From Felis catus (Eukaryota), in assembly GCF_018350175.1 (NCBI RefSeq), contig NC_058368.1, positions 19,594,001 through 19,658,000 on the forward strand: 64,000 bases of DNA, written 5' to 3'. The translations under genes were made by a program, and so were the position numbers. Every line of letters starts with the position of its first letter. The first letter of the stretch is position 1. Under the pieces are notes generated by a model that ran no database searches, had not been told where the DNA came from, and was given only the letters and a program-made list of their open reading frames with translations. Of this stretch, positions 40,237-53,462 are shown one piece after another.

Positions 40237-41374
40237 GGATATGTAATGATGAGGAAGAACCTAACAGTATTTCTGGTACTCACAATGAAGCTCAGTTTCA
40301 ATTTGGTGAAAGGCTAATGGAATGACTTCATGACTCCCTGAATTCCCTACCTGAGGACCTCTGGATAGACAGCCAGGGCTGACCGTGGTCTACTGACCAC
40401 CCTTCAAGGGGCAATCCAACAGGGACTATTAAAAGGGAATATAACTTGGGAAGAGGTCAAGTTAGAGTCTAGGGAGGATGTAGGAAATGTTCCAGAAGCA
40501 AAGAGGCCAATGCTTTGGCAAATGGTTCCTGGTCTCCCTCTGGCTCTCTTCTTTCCCAGGGCACTCCCAGGAAAGCTGCAAAGAATAAATTAGAAAGAGG
40601 GTCCAGGGCTGAGGATGAAAAAAAGGGTAGTAGGAGAGGCCCCAGCTTAGAAGAGATCTGTGCTAGGAAGGAGCAGCCCGGCTGATGAGAGGCAGACAGT
40701 TCAGTAGCTAGAATAGAGTTGCCAGGGGCTGAAGACCCAAGATGATGAAAGAACAGGTAAAAGGCTTTGGTTTTGGAATCTGGGTCTAAACAAATCTTTG
40801 TGTCTTGGTAGGAAGAGACAGCTGTCTACCACCAATCTCATACCCAGGGGCTTCATTAAAATGTATCCTGGGTAGTTTTCCACAGGCAAGCATGAACTGA
40901 AGCTTATCAGGGGATTGTATTTGGGCACTGGGGAGGGGTGTGGTCACCCTCCCCCCGCCCCCCATGTCAGCACCTTCTGCAAAGAGATTCTTTCCTTCCA
41001 GTTTTCTTTCCCCAGCCAGGTCCCTCGACCAGCCACAGATTTCCATCACCTTGAGCCAGGTTTAGCCTTGGGGACATCAGGGTCAAGAAATGACCTCTGG
41101 TCCAAGTTCAAGTTTAGCTGACATTCTACTGAGTTTGGAGTGAGGTGGGTAGAGGGTCAAGAGAATTGTTATCAGAATGTCTTTTGGTGGTGTGCTATGT
41201 GTGGTAAGTTCAATCATCGATAAGAGTACTTGAGATATGAGGGGCCTAAGAAGCTTAGCTTAACTTTTTATGGGGCTAAAGAACACACAACTGTCTATTG
41301 GAAGAACGTTCTGTCTTAGCAGCAGTTGGGGACAGGTGTCCAGAATGGTTACTGAACAGGGCATTTTAACTTAA

Positions 41375-41610
41375 TTTAAAAAAGGTTGGGTTCTAGAGCA
41401 GAGACAACCTGGGTCCAAATCCCCATTCCGTCTCTTACTGGTGGTGTCACCCGGGGCTCCCTGTGCCTCAGTTTCCCCATTTGTAATGGAAGCTAATACT
41501 AGTGCCACCTCCATGGGTTGCTCTGAGGGTTCACTGAGTATAAAACGGTGCACAGCACTTCCAACAGTGCCTAATGCAGAGTGAGCTCTTGACCAACATC
41601 AGCAATTATT
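41375..41610 (+). mobile_element. MIR
   Basis: ctgtgcctcagtttccccatttgtaatgg core. Confidence 0.78.
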
Positions 41611-43415
41611 CTCTCCTCTCAAGTCTTTGCTGGGGTCTTTCTTCTGCATTGATCAGGGAAATGTGGATCTAGAACTAGTTAAACCAGCATCTCATTTTGT
41701 TGCTAAGCAACCAGCTCTGAGTTCTGCAAAAGTGCAGTGTGGCGTGCAGCGACACAGCCCCCCAAGCAATCGAGCCTCAGCCAGGCTGTTGCCAAGTACT
41801 GTTGTGTGTTACTTAGAAGCTCATTTGAAATTGTGGACCAGAAGGGAGGCACACACAGGCAGCACAGTCATAACCCATGAGCAAAACCAGCCTTTCCAGC
41901 TGGAGGGGCTCACGATGGGCAAAAAAAGTAAGAAAGCAAGTAGTGATGTGTGCTTGCACCCACCTGCGGGAGTTAGGGAATTCACCCATGCAATTCATTC
42001 TGCGCTGGAGTTAAAAAGATTATTATAGTGGTATCTTCCATAGACCAAGGGGGTATCTTTCCTTCACCCCGTTTGGATCTGGAGTTGTCAGGTCTGAGTG
42101 CAAACTGGGTTATGTGGCTCCAAGTTGAGGAGGGGCAGGGCCCACAGGGCTCCCACACTCTTTCTCTCAGGGGCATTAAGGGTCACAGTCGCTGACTTCA
42201 GGGGAACTATTCTCCCCTCATTCATTCATTCACTGACCTGTTATCATTAAGCATGATTGCGTGCACTAAGTGCTCAAGATTTGCTAGGCACTGAGAATAG
42301 CCTAAAGCAAGACAGTTACTCTCTGCCTCTTTCTGGTACTTAGGCAAAAAGAACCAAAACCCACTCTGGCTAGTTTAGCAGACAAGGTATTATTGAAGGA
42401 TAGTAAGATGCACTCAGAATTTCCCCTAAAGCCACAGAATTGGGGTTGGTGACTGCAGAGCTGGGAGCATTGCCCTAGAATCCAGTTCTGGATTGACAGT
42501 TTGGCTGAGTACAGAACTCGTAGCTGGAAATCATTTCTCTCAGACTGTTGAAGTCATCACTCCATTGTCTTCCATTGTGCCATTTGGAGAAATCTGCAGC
42601 TATTCTGATTTCTGGTCTTCTGTGCATTGCTCTCCCTCTCCCACTACCCTTCCTCTCTCCTTTTTGGCTTTTAGTGTATTCTTGTTGACCTCAGTGTTCT
42701 GAAATTCCTTATCCTGGTTTAGAGCTATTTCCATTTACTGTTCTGGGCACTCGAAGGCCTCTTCAGTCTGTAAACTTGTGTTTTGGGACATAGTCTTGAA
42801 CTGTTTCTTGGATAATTTCTTCTACATTCTTTTCTTTTTGGGTCTCATTATTTGGAGGATGGCAGTTCTGGGTGAGGCATTCATTCATTCATTCTTTCAT
42901 TCATTCATTTTTAACTTCCCCTGACCTATTTTCTTGTCTTTTTGCTCATTTTTCTCAGCTAATTCTTCAGTTTTATCTTCCAACTCACTTCTTGCACTTT
43001 TTATTCCTGGTAGGTCATATTGCCAGTAACTCTGTTGATTTTCTAAAAATTTCTAACCTCTTATTTATTCTTGTTTCAGCTACTCAGTATCTTCTCTTAT
43101 TTCTCTAAGGACATGAATGATAATTTATCTCTCCCTGCATATTCTCTATTTCCTCCAAGTTACAGTTGTATGTTAATTTTAGCCTATGTCATATTAGAGG
43201 CTTTCTAAAGTACCTGGTGATCCTTGAACATCTATTCATATTTAAGGAGGGCAATACAGAGTTAGCTGGGAGCTCTGTGTGCAGAGGGAAGGCCCCAGGG
43301 CTACACTTTTAGGCCTACTCTCCTGGAATGGTCAAATTTCCCTGAGAAAGCTCTTCCAGTCTTGTGCCTAAAAGGTACAAGCTTGGCTGACAGCATTCTG
43401 GAAGCTGAGTGGGGA

Positions 43416-43424
<9 letters not shown>

Positions 43425-43471
<47 letters not shown>

Positions 43472-43930
43472 AATCTATTGCTGCATAACATTACTCCAAA
43501 ACCTCATGACTTAAAAAAAAATTTATTATCTCACAATTTCTGTGGGTTAGAAATTCAAAGATAGTTTGAGTGGTTCTGCCTCAGGTCTCTCATGAAATTA
43601 CAGTGAGATGTGGGTCTACAGTCTTCTGCCTGGGCCTGGAGGTTCTGCTTCCAAAGTGGCTCACTTACATTCCTAGCAAGAGATGCTAGCTGTCGGCAGA
43701 GGCCCATTTCCTCCCCATCTGTCCTCATGACATGGCAGCTGCCTTAGCCCAGAATGAGTGATTTAAGAGAAAGCAAGGTAGAAGCCATAGTCTCAGAAGT
43801 CATGCTTTGTCATTGTTCACACATCCTACTGGTTACACAAATCTGTTCTATTCAGTGTGGGAGGGAACTACCTCAGGGCATGCATAGGGGAAGAATCACA
43901 AAGTGCCATCTTGGAGGTTGGCTACTACTA
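43425..43930. mobile_element. (TG)n (43425-43466) followed by an MLT1 LTR, inserted in an old L1ME-like fragment
   Basis: tctattgctgcataaca...tttattatctcacaatttctgtggg...gccatcttggaggttggctactac. Confidence 0.7.
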
Positions 43931-46900
43931 ACTAGGGTGGGGTAGGTTGGGGAATCTCAACACTTTTAATGTACATTTTTACTTTTTAGTCATTTTTAGC
44001 AAGTAATCACCATCTTTAGCTATACTCAATGTCTCCAGTTCAAGGACCCAGAGTTTTGTCCTCTCCAAAGAAAAAATTTCCAAACCCCTGCAAAATGAAG
44101 GAGCAGCAATTTCCTGGCTTCACTGATTGGGGAAGAGGGTCTGGGAGTTTGCTTCTTAAAAAGACTTTCATCCAGTCTTCCTGTCATTAACTCCCCCTTA
44201 ACCCATTCTGAAGGAAGTATCTGGCCTGCAAATGCCTGAGTCTTTGAGGGAGGGAGGTGACTCTGCAGTATAAATTGGGTTGGTTCTTGGCTTTTCCCAC
44301 TGCCAGTTTAAAATTCAGCTTTGCTTCTGCTAAGTCAGCTCTATTCATCCATCTACTTTTCTGCTTGCAAAATTTTGTTGTTATTGGCCTTTCTTTTGTT
44401 CTCTTTTTTCCTATGGATTTATATCTTTCTAATAATCTCTTTACCATTCTTGACTGGGACTTAGGGAGGGAGTAGAAGCTGGCGCCTGCCTCCTTTTTTT
44501 GTAAACTTCAACTGGCTATATGCCTCCTCTTTTCATCCTTGCTTTTTCTGCGCTGGGCCTTTTGATTGGAAAATTCTCTTTTCTTTTTTTCCCACCTCTC
44601 ATAAAGCTTCTGAAATGAATCTTAAATTTTTTTTTTTAATTTACATCCAAATTAGTAAGCATGTAGTGCAACAATGATTTCAGGAGTAGATTCCTTAGTG
44701 CCCCTTACACATTTAGCCCATCCTCCCTCCCACAACCCCTCCAGTAACCCTCAGTTTGTTCTCCATATTTACGAGTCTCTTCTGTTTTGTCCCCCTCCCT
44801 GTTTTTATATTATTTTTGCTTCCCTTCCCTTGTGTTCATCTGTTTTGTGTCTTAAAGTCCTCATATGAGTGAAGTCATATGATATTTGTCTTTCCCTGAC
44901 TAATTTCACTTAGCATAATACCCTCCAGCTCCATCCACGTAGTTGCAAATGGCAAGATTTCATTCTTTTTGATTGCCGAGTAATACTCCACTGTACATAT
45001 ATACCACATCTTCTTTATCCATTCATCCATGGATGGACACTTGGGCTCTTTCCATACTTTGGCTGTGCATGTGCGTTGGCCGTACATTGGGGTGCATGTG
45101 CCCCTTCAAAACAGCATACCTGTATCCCTTGGATAAATACCGATTGTGCAATTGCTGGGTTGTAGGGTAGTTCTATCTTTAATTTTTTGAGGAACCTCCA
45201 TACTGTTTTCCAGAGTGGCTGCACCAGCTTGCATTCCCACCAACAATGCAAAAGAGGTCCTCTTTCTCCACATCCTTGCTAATATCTATTGTTACTTGAG
45301 TTGTTAATGTGAGCCATTCTGACAGGTGTAAGGTGATATCTCATTGCAGTTTTGGTTTGTATTTCCATGATGATGAGTGATGTTGAACATTTTTCCGTGT
45401 GTCGATTGGCCATCTGGATGTCTTCTTTGGAGAAGTGTCTATTCATGCCTTTTGCCCATTTTTTTTTCACTGGATTATTGTTTGGGTGTTGAGTTTGATA
45501 AGTTCTTTATAGATTTTGGATACTAACCCTTTATCTGATATGTCATTTGCAACTATCTTCTCCCATTCTGTCGGTTGCCTTTTAGTTTTGCTGATTGTTT
45601 CCTTCGCTGTGCAGAAGCTTTGTATTTTGATGAGGTCCCAATAGTTCATTTTTGCTTTTGTTTCCCTTGCCTCCAGAGACGTGTTGGTTAGAAACTGCGG
45701 CAGGCAAGATCAAAGGGGTTTTTGCCTGCTTTCTCCTGGAGGATTTTGATGGCTTCCTGTCTTACATCGAGGTCTTTCATCCATTTTGAGTTTATTTTCA
45801 TGTATGGTGTAAGAAAGTAGTCCAGGTTCATTTTTCTGCATGTTGCTATCCAGTTTTCCCAGCACCACTTGCTGAACAGACTGTCTTTATTCCATTGGAT
45901 ATTCTTTCCTGCTTTGTCAAAGATTAATTGGCCATACGTTTGTGGGTCCATTTCTGGGTTCTCTATTCTGTTCCATTGATCTGAGTGTCTGTTTTTGTGC
46001 CAGTACCATACTGTCTTGATGATTACAGCTTTGTAATACAGCTTGAAGTCCAGGATTGTGATGCCTCCATTGTTGGTTTTCTTTTTCAAGATTGCTTTGA
46101 CTATTCGGGGTCTTTTCTGGTTCCATGCAAATTTTAGGATTGTTTGTTCTAGCTCTGGGAAGAATGCTGGTGTTACTTTCATAGGGATTGCATTGAATAT
46201 GTAGATTGCTTTGGTTAGTATTGACATTTTAACAATATTTGTTCTTCCTATCCAGGAGCATGGAATCTTTTTCCATTTTTTTTGTGTGTCTTCTTCAATT
46301 TCTTTCATAAGCTTTCTATAGTTTTCAGTGTATAGATTTTTCACTTCTTTCGTTAGATTTATTCCTAGGTATTTTATGGTTTTTGGTGCAACTGTAAATG
46401 GGATCAATGCCTTGAGTTCTCTTTCTGTTGCTTCATTGTTGGCGTGTAGGAATGCAACCAATTTCTGTGCATTGATTTTATATCCTGCAACTTTACTGAA
46501 TTCATGAACCAGTTCTAGCAGTTTTTTGGTGGAATCCTTTCGGTTTTCCATCTAGAGTATCATGTCATCTGCAAAGAGTGAGAGTTTGACCTCCTCCTGG
46601 CCTATTTGGATGCCTTTTATTTCTTTGTGTTGTCTGCTTGCAGAGGCTAAGACTTCCAATACTATGTTGAATAACAGTGGTGAGAGTGGACATCCCTGTC
46701 TTGTTCCTGATCTTAGGGGGAAAGCTCTCAGTTTTTTCCCATTGAGGATGATATTAGCTGGGTCTTTCATATGTGGCTTTTATGATCTTGAGGTATGCTC
46801 CTTCTATCCCTACTTTGTTGAGAGTTTTTATCAAGAAAGGGTGCTGTATTTTGTCAAATGCTTTCTCTGCATCTATTGAGAGGATCATATGGTTCTTGTC

Positions 46901-47645
46901 CTTTCCTGTATTGATGTGATGAATCACGTTAATTGTTTTGCAGATATTGAACCAGCCCTGCGTCCCAGGTATAAATCCCGCTTGGTTGTGGTGAACAATT
47001 TTTTTAATGTATTGTTGGATCCGGTTGGCTACTATCTTGTTGAGGATTTTTGCCTCCATGTTCATCAGGGAAATTGGTGGTGTATTGTACTTCTTTAGTG
47101 GGGTCTCTGTCTGGTTTTGGAATCAAGGTCATGCTGGCTTCATAGAAAGAGTTTGGAAGTTTTCCTTCCATTTCTATTTTTTGGAACAGCTTCAAGAGCA
47201 TAGGTGTTAACTCTTCCTTAAATGTTTGGTAGAATTCTCCTGGAAAGCCATCTGGCCCTGGACTCTTGTTTTTTGGGAGATTTTTGATTACTAATTCAAT
47301 TTCTTTACTGGTTATGGGTCTGTTCAAATTTTCTATTTCTTCCTGTTTCAGTTTTGGTAGTGTATATGTTTCTAGGAATTTGTCCATTTCATCCAGATTG
47401 CCCGTTTTATTGGCATATAATTCCTCATAATCTCTTATTATTGTTTTTATTTCTGCTGTGTTGGTTGTGATCTCTCCTCTTTCATTCTTGATTTTATTTA
47501 TTTGAGTCCTTTCCTTTTTCTTTTTGATCAAACTGGCTAATGGCTTATCAATTTTGTTAATTCTTTCAAAGAACCAGCTTCTGGTTTCATTGATCTGTTC
47601 TACTGTTTTTTGGTTTTGATAGCATTAATTTCTGCTCTAATCTTT

Positions 47646-48389
47646 TTTTTTTCAATATATGAAATTTATTGTCAAATTGGTTTCCATATAACACCCAGTG
47701 CTCATCCCAATATGTGCCCTCCTCAATACCCATCACCCACCCTCCCCTCCCTCCCACCCCCCATCAACCCTCAGTTTGTTCTCAGTTTTTTTTTTTTTTC
47801 AACGTTTATTTATTTTTGGGACAGAGAGAGACAGAGCATGAACGGGGGAGGGGCAGAGAGAGAGGGAGACACAGAATCAGAAACAGGCTCCAGGCTCTGA
47901 GCCATCAGCCCAGAGCCTGATGCGGGGCTCGAACTCACGGACCGCGAGATCGTGACCTGGCTGAAGTCGGACGCTTAACCGACTGCGCCACCCAGGCGCC
48001 CCTGTTCTCAGTTTTTAAGAGTCTCTTATGCTTTGGCTCTCTCCCACTCTAACCTCTTTTTTTTTTTTTCCTTCCCCTCCCCCATGGGTTTCTGTTAAGT
48101 TTCTCAGGATCCACATAAGAGTGAAAACATATGGTATCTGTCTTTCTCTGTATGGCTTATTTCACTTAGCATCACACTCTCCAGTTCCATCCACGTTGCT
48201 ACAAAGGGCCATATTTCGTTCTTTCTCGTTGCCATGTAGTACTCCATTGTGTATATAAACCACAATTTCTTTATCCATTCATAGTTGATGGACATTTAGG
48301 CTCTTTCCATAATTTGGCTACTGTTGAGAGTGCTGCTATAAACATTGGGGTACAAGTGCCCCTATGCATCAGTACTCCTGTATCCCTTG
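47646..48389 (-). mobile_element. 5'-truncated younger L1 3' end nested in copy B ORF2 (itself interrupted by a SINE)
   Basis: Poly-T followed by gaaatttattgtcaaattggtttcc, a 3'UTR different from that of copies A and B. TSD tctgctctaatcttt at 47631-47645 and 48390-48404. Confidence 0.92.
47786..48002 (-). mobile_element. SINEC_Fc nested in the truncated L1
   Basis: Near-consensus SINE with CpGs retained; TSD tgttctcagtttt. Confidence 0.95.
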
Positions 48390-48411
48390 TCTGCTCTAAT
48401 CTTTATTATTT

Positions 48412-48636
48412 TTTTTAAAATTTTTTTTTCAATGTTTTTTTATTTATTTTTGGGACAGAGAGAGACAGAGCATGAACGGGGGAGGGGCAGAGAGAGAGGG
48501 AGACACAGAATCGGAAACAGGTTCCAGGCTCTGAGCCATCAGCCCAGAGCCCGACGCTGGGCTCGAACCCACGGACCACGAGATCGTGACCTGGCTGAAG
48601 TCGGACGCTTAACCGACTGCGCTACCCAGGTGCCCC
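48412..48636 (-). mobile_element. SINEC_Fc in L1 copy B
   Basis: TSD tctaatctttattattt at 48395-48411 and 48637-48653. Confidence 0.95.
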
Positions 48637-49631
48637 TCTAATCTTTATTATTTCCTGTCTTCTGCTGGCTTGTGGTTTTATTTGCTATTCTTTTTCCAGC
48701 TCCTTAAGGCATAACGTTAGGTTGTGTACCTTGAGATCTTTCTTCCTTCTTTAGGAAGGCCTGGATTCCTATATACTTTCCTCTTATGACCACCTTTCCT
48801 GCGTCCCAGAGGTTTTGGGTTCTGGTGTTATCATTTTCATTGGCTTCCATATACTTTTTAATTTCCTCGTTAACTTCTTGGTTAGTCCATTCATTCTTTA
48901 GTAGGATGTTCTTCAGTCTCCAAGTATTTGTTAGCTTTCCAAATTTTTTCTTGTGGTTGATTTCGAGTTTCATAGCATTGTGGTCTGAAAATATGCACAG
49001 TATGATCTCATTCTTTTTGTACTTGTTGAGGGCTGATTTGTGTTCCAGTATGTGGTCTATTCTGATGAACATTCCATGTGCATTGGAAAAGAATGTATAT
49101 TCCACTGCTTTAGGATGAAATGTTCTAAATATATTTGTTAAGTCTATCTGGTCAAGTGTGTCATTCAAAGCCATTGTTTCCTTGTTGAGTTTTTGATCAG
49201 ATGATCTGTCCATTGCTATGAGTGGGGTGTTGAAGTCCCCTACTCTTATGGTATTACTATTGACAAGTTTCTTTATGTTTGTGAGTAATTGATTTATATA
49301 TTTGGGTGCTGCCACATTTGGTGCATAAATGTTTACAATTATTAGGTCTTCTTGGTGGATAGATGCCTTGATTATGATATAATACCCTTCTTCATCTCTT
49401 GATACAGTCTTTATTTTAAAGTCTAGGTTGTCTGATATAAGTATGGCTACTCCGGCTTTCTTTTGTTGACCATTAGCATGAAAGATGGTTCTCCATCCCC
49501 TTATTTTCAATCTGAAGGTGTCTTGAGGTCTAAAGTGGGTCTCTTGTAAACAGCAGATAGATGGATCTTGTTTTCTTATCCATTCTGTTACCCTATGTCT
49601 TTTGATTGGAGCATTAAGTCCATTGATGTTT

Positions 49632-49843
49632 ATTTTTTTTAAAACGTTTTTATTTATTTTTGAGACAGAGACAGAGCATGAACGGGGGAGGGTCACAGAG
49701 AGAGGGAGACACAGAATCTGAAACAGTCTCCAGGCTCTGAGCTGTCAGCACAGAGCCCGACGCAGGGCTCGAACTCACGGACTGTGAGATCATGACCTGA
49801 GCTGAAGTCGGACACTCAACTGACCAAGCCACCCAGGAGCCCC
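49632..49843 (-). mobile_element. SINEC in L1 copy B at the ORF2 N-terminus
   Basis: SINE body; TSD aagtccattgatgttta. Confidence 0.93.
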
Positions 49844-49963
49844 AAGTCCATTGATGTTTAGAATGAGTAGTAAAAGATATGAGGTTTTGCCATTATTTGT
49901 TTGTAGAGTTGGAGTTTCTGGTGATGTTCTCTGGTCCTTTCTTGTCTTTGTTGCTTTTGGTAT

Positions 49964-50003
<40 letters not shown>

Positions 50004-53000
50004 ATCTTTTCTCCCCTCACAGAGTCCCCCTTAAAATTTCTTGCAGGGCTGGTTTAGTGATCACAAACTCCTGTAATTTTTGTTTGTCTGGGAAACTTTT
50101 TCTCTCTCCTTCTATCTTGAATGACAGCCTTGCTGGATAAAGAATTCTTGGCTGCATATTTTTCTGATTCAGCACATTGAATATATACTGCCACTCTTTT
50201 CTGGCTTGCCAAGTTTCTTTGGATAGGTCTGCTGTAAACCTGATCTGTCTTCCCTTGTAGGTTAAGGCCTTTTTTTCCCCTTGTTGCTTTCATCATTCTC
50301 TCCTTGCCTGAGTATTTTGTGAATTTGACTATGCTATGCCTTGTTGGTGGTCAGTTTTTGTCGAATCTAATGGGAGTCCTCTGTGCTTCCTGGATTTTGA
50401 CATCTGTGTCTTTCCCTAGGTTAGATAAGGTTTCCGCTATGATTTGCTCACATAACCCTTCTACCCCTATCTCTCTCTCTTCCTTTTATGGGACCCCTAT
50501 GATTCTGATGTTGTTTCTTTTAATGAGTCACTGCTTTCTCTAATTCTTAAATCATGCTCTTTTGCTTTAATCTCCCCACTTTTTTTTTCTGCTTCATTAT
50601 TCTCTGTAAGTTTGTCCTCTATATCACTGATTTTCTGTTCTGCCTCATCCATCCTTGCCACCATGGCATGCATTCGAAATTGCAGCTCAGTTAGAGCATT
50701 TTTTATTTCATCCTGACTAGCTTTTACTTCTTTTATCTCCGCAGAAAGGGATTCTAATCTTTTCGACTCCAGCTAGTATTCTTATTATTGTGTTCTAAAT
50801 TCTGGTTCAGACATCTTGCTTGTATCTGTATTGGTTAAGTTCCTGGCTGTCATTTCTTCCTGCTCTTTCTTTTGGGGTGAAGTCCTTCGTTTTGTCATTT
50901 TCAAGGGAGAAAAGGAATTAATGAGGTAGAAAGAAATTAAAATAAAATAATTAAATTAAAAAAATAAAAATTAAAAAATTAAAAGCAAACACACACAAAA
51001 TCCAATAAATGATGCTAGATCCTAGGTGTGTGTTTTGGTCTGGGTGTTGAAAGGGGCTTGATAGGTTAGAGAAAAAGGGGGAAAGAAGAAAAAGAAAAAA
51101 AAGAAATTGTTTGAAAATTTGAAAAAGTGAATACATTGAATTAGACTAAAATGAAATGATGGAAGTAAAATAGAATTTGAAAAAAATTACACAAAAGCAA
51201 AAAATATAGTAGAAAAAATTAAAGAAAAAATATTTTTAATAAAAACTGAAAATAAAAATGAATTTTTTTCTCTTTCTGTATTCAACAAAAAGAAAAGAAA
51301 CAAAAAAGAGAAAAAAGAAAGAAAGAAAATTGAATAGATGGACAGGTGAACAGACTGAAATACGTCTGAAATCACTTGTTTTCCCCTAGAAGTCAAACTA
51401 TGAAGCGCTTCATAGTCCATAAGCTAAGCAGGCGGAGAGACTTGTGTTCCTGAGAGCGAGGTTGGCCCAGTTGGGTGGGGCTCAGTGTAACGGCTCCTTT
51501 CTCCACTAGATGGCGCTGCTTAGCTTACTGGGGTGGATTGTTGTAGCGCTCGTAGGTGTGTATACGGCTGCGCGGGAGCGGTGAACGAGGCGTCACCGGC
51601 AATCCAGTCTCTAGTATTGAAACTCTGTTCTCCCCGATCAGCAATCGCGCGCCCGTCCTTCGTCTTTGTCTTCCGTCCACTCCCCGCTTTTACACAGTCC
51701 GTGACCAAGCCCCAAGCAGCACCTCCCTCCTGAGTTTTGTCTCAGATGCGGCTGTTTTTCCCGACCCCTTACTTCTGAGGGACTGTGGCTCTGACCCGCT
51801 CCGCCCCTCTGCAGGAGGGTCTCAGCGAGCAATGGCCGCGTGCCGGCTGCAACCAGGAACGTTCCTGGGTCCTGTGCTGCTGCCAATGCCCAGAGACTGC
51901 GGCCGGGTGCCTGCCCGCTCCAGAAAAAGCTCGCGAGATAGTGTAGCAGCCACGTTTCAGGGATTATGGAAAATCACAACACACATCTGGCACCAGCCTT
52001 CACCCTTGACGACCTTGTTCCAGCACCGGCGAATGTGGTTGTTCTCCCGGGCCCATTGGGGCCTTGCCTCTGGGGGACCCACACAGCCTCTACCAGGTGT
52101 CCTCCCATCAGGGGAACCGCCTCTCCCTGTGTGGCCTGAAGAACCCCGGAATCCACTCCGCTCTTGGGGATTCGCCCTTCCCACCGGAGCACCGCCAGGT
52201 ATGGAGCTGTGAGCTGCAGAGTTTCAGACTCTGCGCTCCCCTTGTTTACAGTCTTAATGGGATTTAAATGCTCTCCTTTCTCCTTTCTCCTTTCTCCCTT
52301 TTTAGTTCAGTCCCTGAGGCTGTTTCCGCTTTTCCACTTTCTCTCCAGCTGCTTTTGCGGGGGGTGCTTTTCCCGTATTCTCCCCCCAGTCTCCGTCCTC
52401 TCTCCATACACAAAAGCCGCTCTCTGGCTTCCCAGCTTCTCTCTCCCTGCCGTTCACCTCTCCGCGCCGCATACCTGCTGAATTCTGTGGTTCAGGTTGG
52501 GCAGATTGTTGTGTTAATCCTCAGATCAGTTTTCTAGGTGTGCAGGATGGTTTAGTGTTGGTCTGGCTGTATTTCATGGACGCGAGACGCACAAAAAACT
52601 TCCATGCTGTTCTGCCATCTTGGCTCCTCCTGAAATGAATCTTAAGAACCTATCTCAAAAGCCAAAAACTGAATAAAGATTCTTTCAGTGTACATTTTAA
52701 TCTTTCCTAAGGAAATGGATAACACTGGTTAAATAGGAAGAAAGTCACATGCAAAAAATAAAGTATTATACATCCCAAAATATTATCTCACCAGAGGAAC
52801 ACCATCATCCTAGTAAAAGGGTTACCAGCAAAGGAACATCAGGTAAAAGAAGGTAACTAAAGCAAGTATGTTGAGTGTTCTCACATTGAACTTACCAAAC
52901 TCCCTCACCAAATCTCATTGCTGAAACCCCACTATGAAATACAGGGCATACTCCTATGTAAAGAAGTAATTTGTATTGATTGATCATGAAAACTCACAAC

Positions 53001-53239
53001 CTCTTAGCTAAGGATATCCTAATTGAGAAACTAGTGGTTTTCAATGGAGCAGAATTGCCTCCCTTGGAACGTTTGCAAATGGTGGGCTAATTTTTGGTTG
53101 TCATCAGATAAGATTGGGTAGCATTACGGGCCTTTGTGGGGCCAGAGATGCTAAATGTCATAAACGTTTTAGAAAATACTGAACAATGAAGAATTGTCCT
53201 ATTCCAAATGTGAAGTCACTCTCATTAAGAAACACTGCA

Positions 53240-53462
53240 GGGGCGCCTGGGTGGCGCAGTCGGTTAAGCGTCCGACTTCAGCCAGGTCACGATCTCGCGG
53301 TCCGTGAGTTTGAGCCCCGCGTCAGGCTCTGGGCTGATGGCTCAGAGCCTGGAGCCTGTTTCCGATTCTGTGTCTCCCTCTCTCTCTGCCCCTCCCCCGT
53401 TCATGCTCTGTTTCTCTCTGTCCCAAAAATAAATAAACGTTGAAAAACAAATTAAAAAAAAA
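53240..53462 (+). mobile_element. Young SINEC_Fc
   Basis: TSD aagaaacactgca. Confidence 0.96.

Larger units (their letters stand above)
44626..52629 (-). mobile_element. LINE-1 copy B: full length, inactivated, with nested insertions
   Basis: 5'UTR at about 50900-52629, ORF1 remnants, EN ORF 48704-49696, RT pieces including the LFADD motif (46552-46770), C-terminal ORF 45688-46551. TSD ctgaaatgaatcttaa at 44610-44625 and 52630-52645. Confidence 0.97.

Noticed and set aside
48704..49696. 330-aa ORF, the longest in the window
   Set aside because: It is the L1 endonuclease domain fused by chance to a SINE-derived start; the rest of ORF2 is broken
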